A DNA stretch of 24,877 nucleotides from Catajapyx aquilonaris (Eukaryota). Positions 21,047 through 24,877 of this stretch are shown in pieces. The stretch spans positions 62,001-86,877 of the forward strand of contig JYFJ02001209.1 in assembly GCA_000934665.2 (NCBI GenBank), written 5' to 3'. Numbering within the stretch: position 1 is the first letter of the stretch; every line of letters starts with the position of its first letter. Made by a program: the position numbers and the translations under genes. A model generated the notes under the pieces. It had not been told where the DNA came from and did no database searches. It worked only from the letters and a program-made list of their open reading frames with translations.

Positions 21047-23755
21047 CTACTTACGTCGTACACCATCCAGTTTGCTCACCAACTTGGCCAACTGTGTTGC
21101 ATTTTTATCACAAGTACAGATATCAAGATCAGGTTTGTTCTTCTTTTCTTCTTTTCCCTTAGGTTTACCCTTTTTTTTCGGTGTTTTGGGGTCAGGGTCT
21201 GAGCTAGAGCCAGCACTCGAGTTGTCATTGGCAGGAGGCAAATTTTCGTTTTTAAAGTTGCTGCCATGCATTCGGCAGCTATTGGAACTGCCTGCATCTT
21301 TCGGACCACTTCCCGTTCCCGTATCCGGTGCTTCATTTATCCCATTCTTTGCTTCTGCGACTTTCTTTACTGGTGGCAACGGTATTTTTGTGATCGAGGG
21401 AGACTTGTCGCCTACTTCTGTAAACACTGGCAACAGCGACTTTGGGGATTTAGGCGACCCTTCCGCTCCATTGGTGTTGATGGGGTAGATCTTTGGTGAG
21501 AGCGGAGGTGATCTGTCGTCATTGCTCCAACTGCTCAGCACATTGTCACTGCCCCAGGTGCTGTCATCTGGCAGGGAATTTTGCTTCACTGGGCCCTTTT
21601 TTTCACTAATTTCATCCTTCAATGACTGCATTTGTGAAGCTGTTAGGGAAGGATCTGATACTGCTGCGCGCAGCTGACCTAACGTGGTCTTGTGCACATC
21701 TTCATAACTTCGACGTCCTAGCTCATCATCGCACCAGCCACCCCTGATAAATTTTAACAATTATAAACAGTAGTATACTGTATAAAATATAAGTAAAATA
21801 ATTCGCTCATTATACCTCTGTCTGGGCGAATGGGTGAAGGAATTTTGAGGATATCCCTTAAATGTGCAATCTTTGGAGATGGTGTGAGCCAGCGTTCTTT
21901 TAGCCAGACGGGGAAATGGATTTAGTGACTTGAATGGTCTGGAGGGTAGCCAAGACGTATTGGTGAGTTGGCCGTTGCCATTTGGCACCTCCTCATTGCG
22001 CCCTTTGAGGAATAGCAAGAGGAGGGCTGCCACCAGCTGAGACCCAGCGAAGAACAGCATGCCTGAGGTGTAGCTGAAGGACTCCTTGAGGCCACCTGCA
22101 AGAAATTCATGCACTCAATGGCATTTTTATATTAGCGGGATGGAGTGGATTTACCCATGATGAGTGGTCCCATGGTGAAGAAGAATCCGTTGAGAATGAT
22201 GACATAGTTCCAGGCTGCTGACGCCCACTGTGGTGGCACCAGGGCTAAAGTGAGGGGCAGAAGGAGAACAGACACCATTGCCTGCCCTGCTGCGAGAAGT
22301 ATTACTGACAGAGCTATGTTCAAGTATTCAGTGGCATAAGCCAAGCATGCATATGCTGCTCCTGTCACTGCAATGAGAGATGTGGCAGTGAGTTACATGT
22401 AGAAGTAATTGGGATACTTGATTGTAATACTCTGATTACCATTCATACGTCACGAAGTAGCCAGAAGCATAGGAACTTACCAAGAATTCCAAATATGAAG
22501 AAAACTTTCTCATCCGCTTCGAAAAGTCCAATGAGGAATACCCAGAAAGCGCGGCCTAATCCCAAGAAGAGAGCAAATAACGAGAGCAGCAGGACACTGT
22601 GGCTGGTGTGCTGATTGCGATGGATGCCGTAGTAAACTAGGTGCACGTAAGGGACGTGATAAGCCATCATCACCAAACTTGTAGCCAAACACCACACTAC
22701 ATACTCGTGATTTTGGCAGATGGACAGGTTGAGCACCATCACCAGAGAGTCTGTTGGTATGCCAATGGATAGTAGTATCTGACTAATACTATATGATGCT
22801 TTTACAGACTGTACCATCTTGCCTGGATGCATCTGAGCTGCGGCGAGGGAGAGTTCGCACTGTAGCTGGATGTTTAGAAGGGAGTGCAACGCAGAGGAAG
22901 ATCAAGGCTGCGAAGATTATGGCATAAACGCGTAGTGTCCATGTCCATCCCGCATACTCGTTGAGCAGCTGTCCTCCAATGGAAAACAGAATCATGCCAA
23001 GCCCACTTGCATATATCTGAACGCTGTACACTTGTGGTACTAGCTCTCCTTTGCAGTGGCTTAGTGGACAAGAGGGAATGTTAATAGTACTGTACATGCA
23101 AATATTTACACCATACAGTTCTTTTAGAGGTATTGCAAAGCCTTCATGCTGGGCACTAATTACCAGCTTGCCTCCATTGCTGATATGTAGACAAGAGCTG
23201 ATCCTATGCCAAAGAGAATGCCGTAGGTGAAGTACAGGGATGCAAAGTAGGGGCCCAAAAAGCTGGAGACGAGGAGGCCAATGGCACACAAGAGGGATCC
23301 AGTTATAGCTACTTGGTGTGTTTCGGCTACGTAACAGATCAGATACTGGATTGCCGGACCCAACACCAGGATCAGACCATAAGACAGGGCACCCAAGTAC
23401 GCTGTAAAAATAGGTTGCAACGGTTCATAACACTTTTTCTTTTGGAAAGTCTCGGGAGAGCTAATACTATGAAGAAAATTATTTCTTGCAACAAAGCACT
23501 TCAAAAAGGAGGATATATAGGTGACACTGCAATAGAGAAATTATTTAAAAAAAAAAAATGCAACTGACCTGCAGATGAAATGGAGACCCCCAGCTCATCC
23601 ACAAATCTTGGGAGGAATATGCCATACGAAGTGTGGATTCCTATGACAACTCCTGTGAGGATCAGTATCACCAGCTTCAGTCGCATGCTTTTGAGGTATG
23701 CATCCCTCGGGTAGTCTCCAAGATCTGGCAGCATACTTCTTCCAAATTCTGGCAT
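21047..23755 (-). CDS. Divergent monocarboxylate-transporter-like (SLC16/MCT, MFS) protein with long hydrophilic C-terminus, ~709 aa
   Basis: Exons (minus) 23755-23569, 23401-23164, 23059-22815, 22750-22481, 22367-22155, 22095-21816, 21743-21047; GT-AG; phases 1,2,1,1,1,2. MCT-like segments SYGIFLPRFVDELG, SLYFTYGILFGIGSALVY, AGWTWTLRV, AYHVPYVHLV, GPLIMGGLKE. The 3' end is uncertain because a GTAAGT donor overlaps the last codons. Confidence 0.82.
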
Positions 23756-24628
23756 TTTGTGGACTCTCTCCTAGTCGTTATACGGCAATGGGCTAATCCT
23801 TGTGTCCTCTTAACAGTTCGTTACTCAATTTTGGAATTTTAGTACATTATAATTTTTGTGAGCTGCCGTTTGTTGAGTCACCACATGGGGAAAAAGCAGG
23901 CTTTGACACTTTCAGAAGTTCTGGCTATGTCGCAATGTAATTTTCTGTGTGTACTTACCTGATTACTATTAAAAATTTTGTAAGGGCTGGAAACCTTGTA
24001 CTATTGAAGAGTAATTGTTGCCGCTGGATGTTGCTATGTGATTTCATAAAATTGATCCAACAATGCTGGAAGAGATAATATACACGTGCCACACTTAAGA
24101 ATACGATATCTGCGTTTTGTACATCAGATTTCTTCAACTGGCTTTCCATGTAAGAAGACCTGTCAGAAAGGTTCCAGTAATGGGTAATTGGGTAATGGCT
24201 TATTTATTGGTCTGTTAGAGCAAAGTACAACACCGCAATTTTATAGCTCTAAAATAATGACACAGGGTTTTTTTAAAATTATGTCCGGGCCATATCCTAG
24301 TTTTCTAGCGAAACAACAGAGGTTGAATGCAACTGTTGTAGGCAAGATATTGTTGCTGTTGCCACAATTGATTTGTTGTGGCTCACATGTCAGCAACACA
24401 TGGCCACCCATCAAATTGTGGTCAAAAACCTATTTTAAAAAGGGCGCCAGCAGACACGTCATTATTATGAAAATTATTAACAAATTAAAATGCCCTTCCC
24501 GCAATAGCTCCAGATCATAATTAGTCTCGCGGTTACTATTTGCTTTAATCTCTGAATTAATTAACACGCGCGATTGCTCCACGTCCGCACATCTGGCAAC
24601 AAACCTCAACTTCAACCAGCACAAAATA

Positions 24629-24640
24629 TGCGCATGCGTG
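24629..24640. promoter_or_regulatory. NRF1/EWG-like site
   Basis: TGCGCATGCGTG, the exact reverse complement of the motif at 2777-2788; upstream of the transporter gene. Confidence 0.4.
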
Positions 24641-24877
24641 AAATATTAAATGTGCTATAATTTGATGCCATACTTTTCGAAATGTATAGCATGGAAGGAG
24701 AAAGGCTAACATAGGATGAAATCTAATTTAAAATTAATCATGTGTGCAATAGTTTGTCGTGACATCTTGCCCAATTGCAGATGTACGCAAGCGCATTTCA
24801 AGCCAACTTGCGTGACTGTTCAAAAGCGAGTTTCCCCCTCCCCCCGTCCCCCCTCCACCGGCGTTCCCCTCCCCCGC

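Noticed and set aside
21072..21488. 138-aa plus-strand ORF
   Set aside because: Antisense shadow of the transporter's last coding exon.
23160..23172. Possible non-canonical GC donor (GAG|GCAAGC) in the transporter
   Set aside because: The canonical TG|GTAATT donor at 23164/23163 joins the next exon in frame, so no GC-AG intron is needed.
24834..24877. C-rich tract (G-quadruplex potential on the minus strand)
   Set aside because: Truncated by the window edge, so context cannot be judged.

Overview
Eukaryotic (animal, probably invertebrate) genomic DNA with compact genes and mostly short GT-AG introns. Six protein-coding genes were assembled by hand with frame-consistent splice sites: the 3' end of LTN1/listerin (+), CCDC58/MIX23 (-), an importin-alpha of the KPNA1/5/6 subfamily (+), FAM162 (-), TIPRL (+) and a divergent SLC16/MCT-like MFS transporter with a long hydrophilic C-tail (-). 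Non-coding DNA holds four non-autonomous DNA transposons: a Mutator-like MITE with a 9-bp TSD in the CCDC58/KPNA divergent promoter, two PIF/Harbinger-like MITEs, and an hAT MITE with an 8-bp TSD. It also holds a decayed LINE reverse transcriptase and two RTE 5'-UTR-like fragments. Most notable: the CCDC58-KPNA-FAM162 neighbourhood matches the human MIX23-FAM162A-KPNA1 cluster, a dense ACGTG (HRE/E-box) cluster plus a perfect NRF1 site lies upstream of FAM162, and tandem stem-loops sit in a ~6 kb putative KPNA 3' UTR. No wholly new system can be proven from the sequence alone. Family assignments rest on recalled sequences, not database searches.
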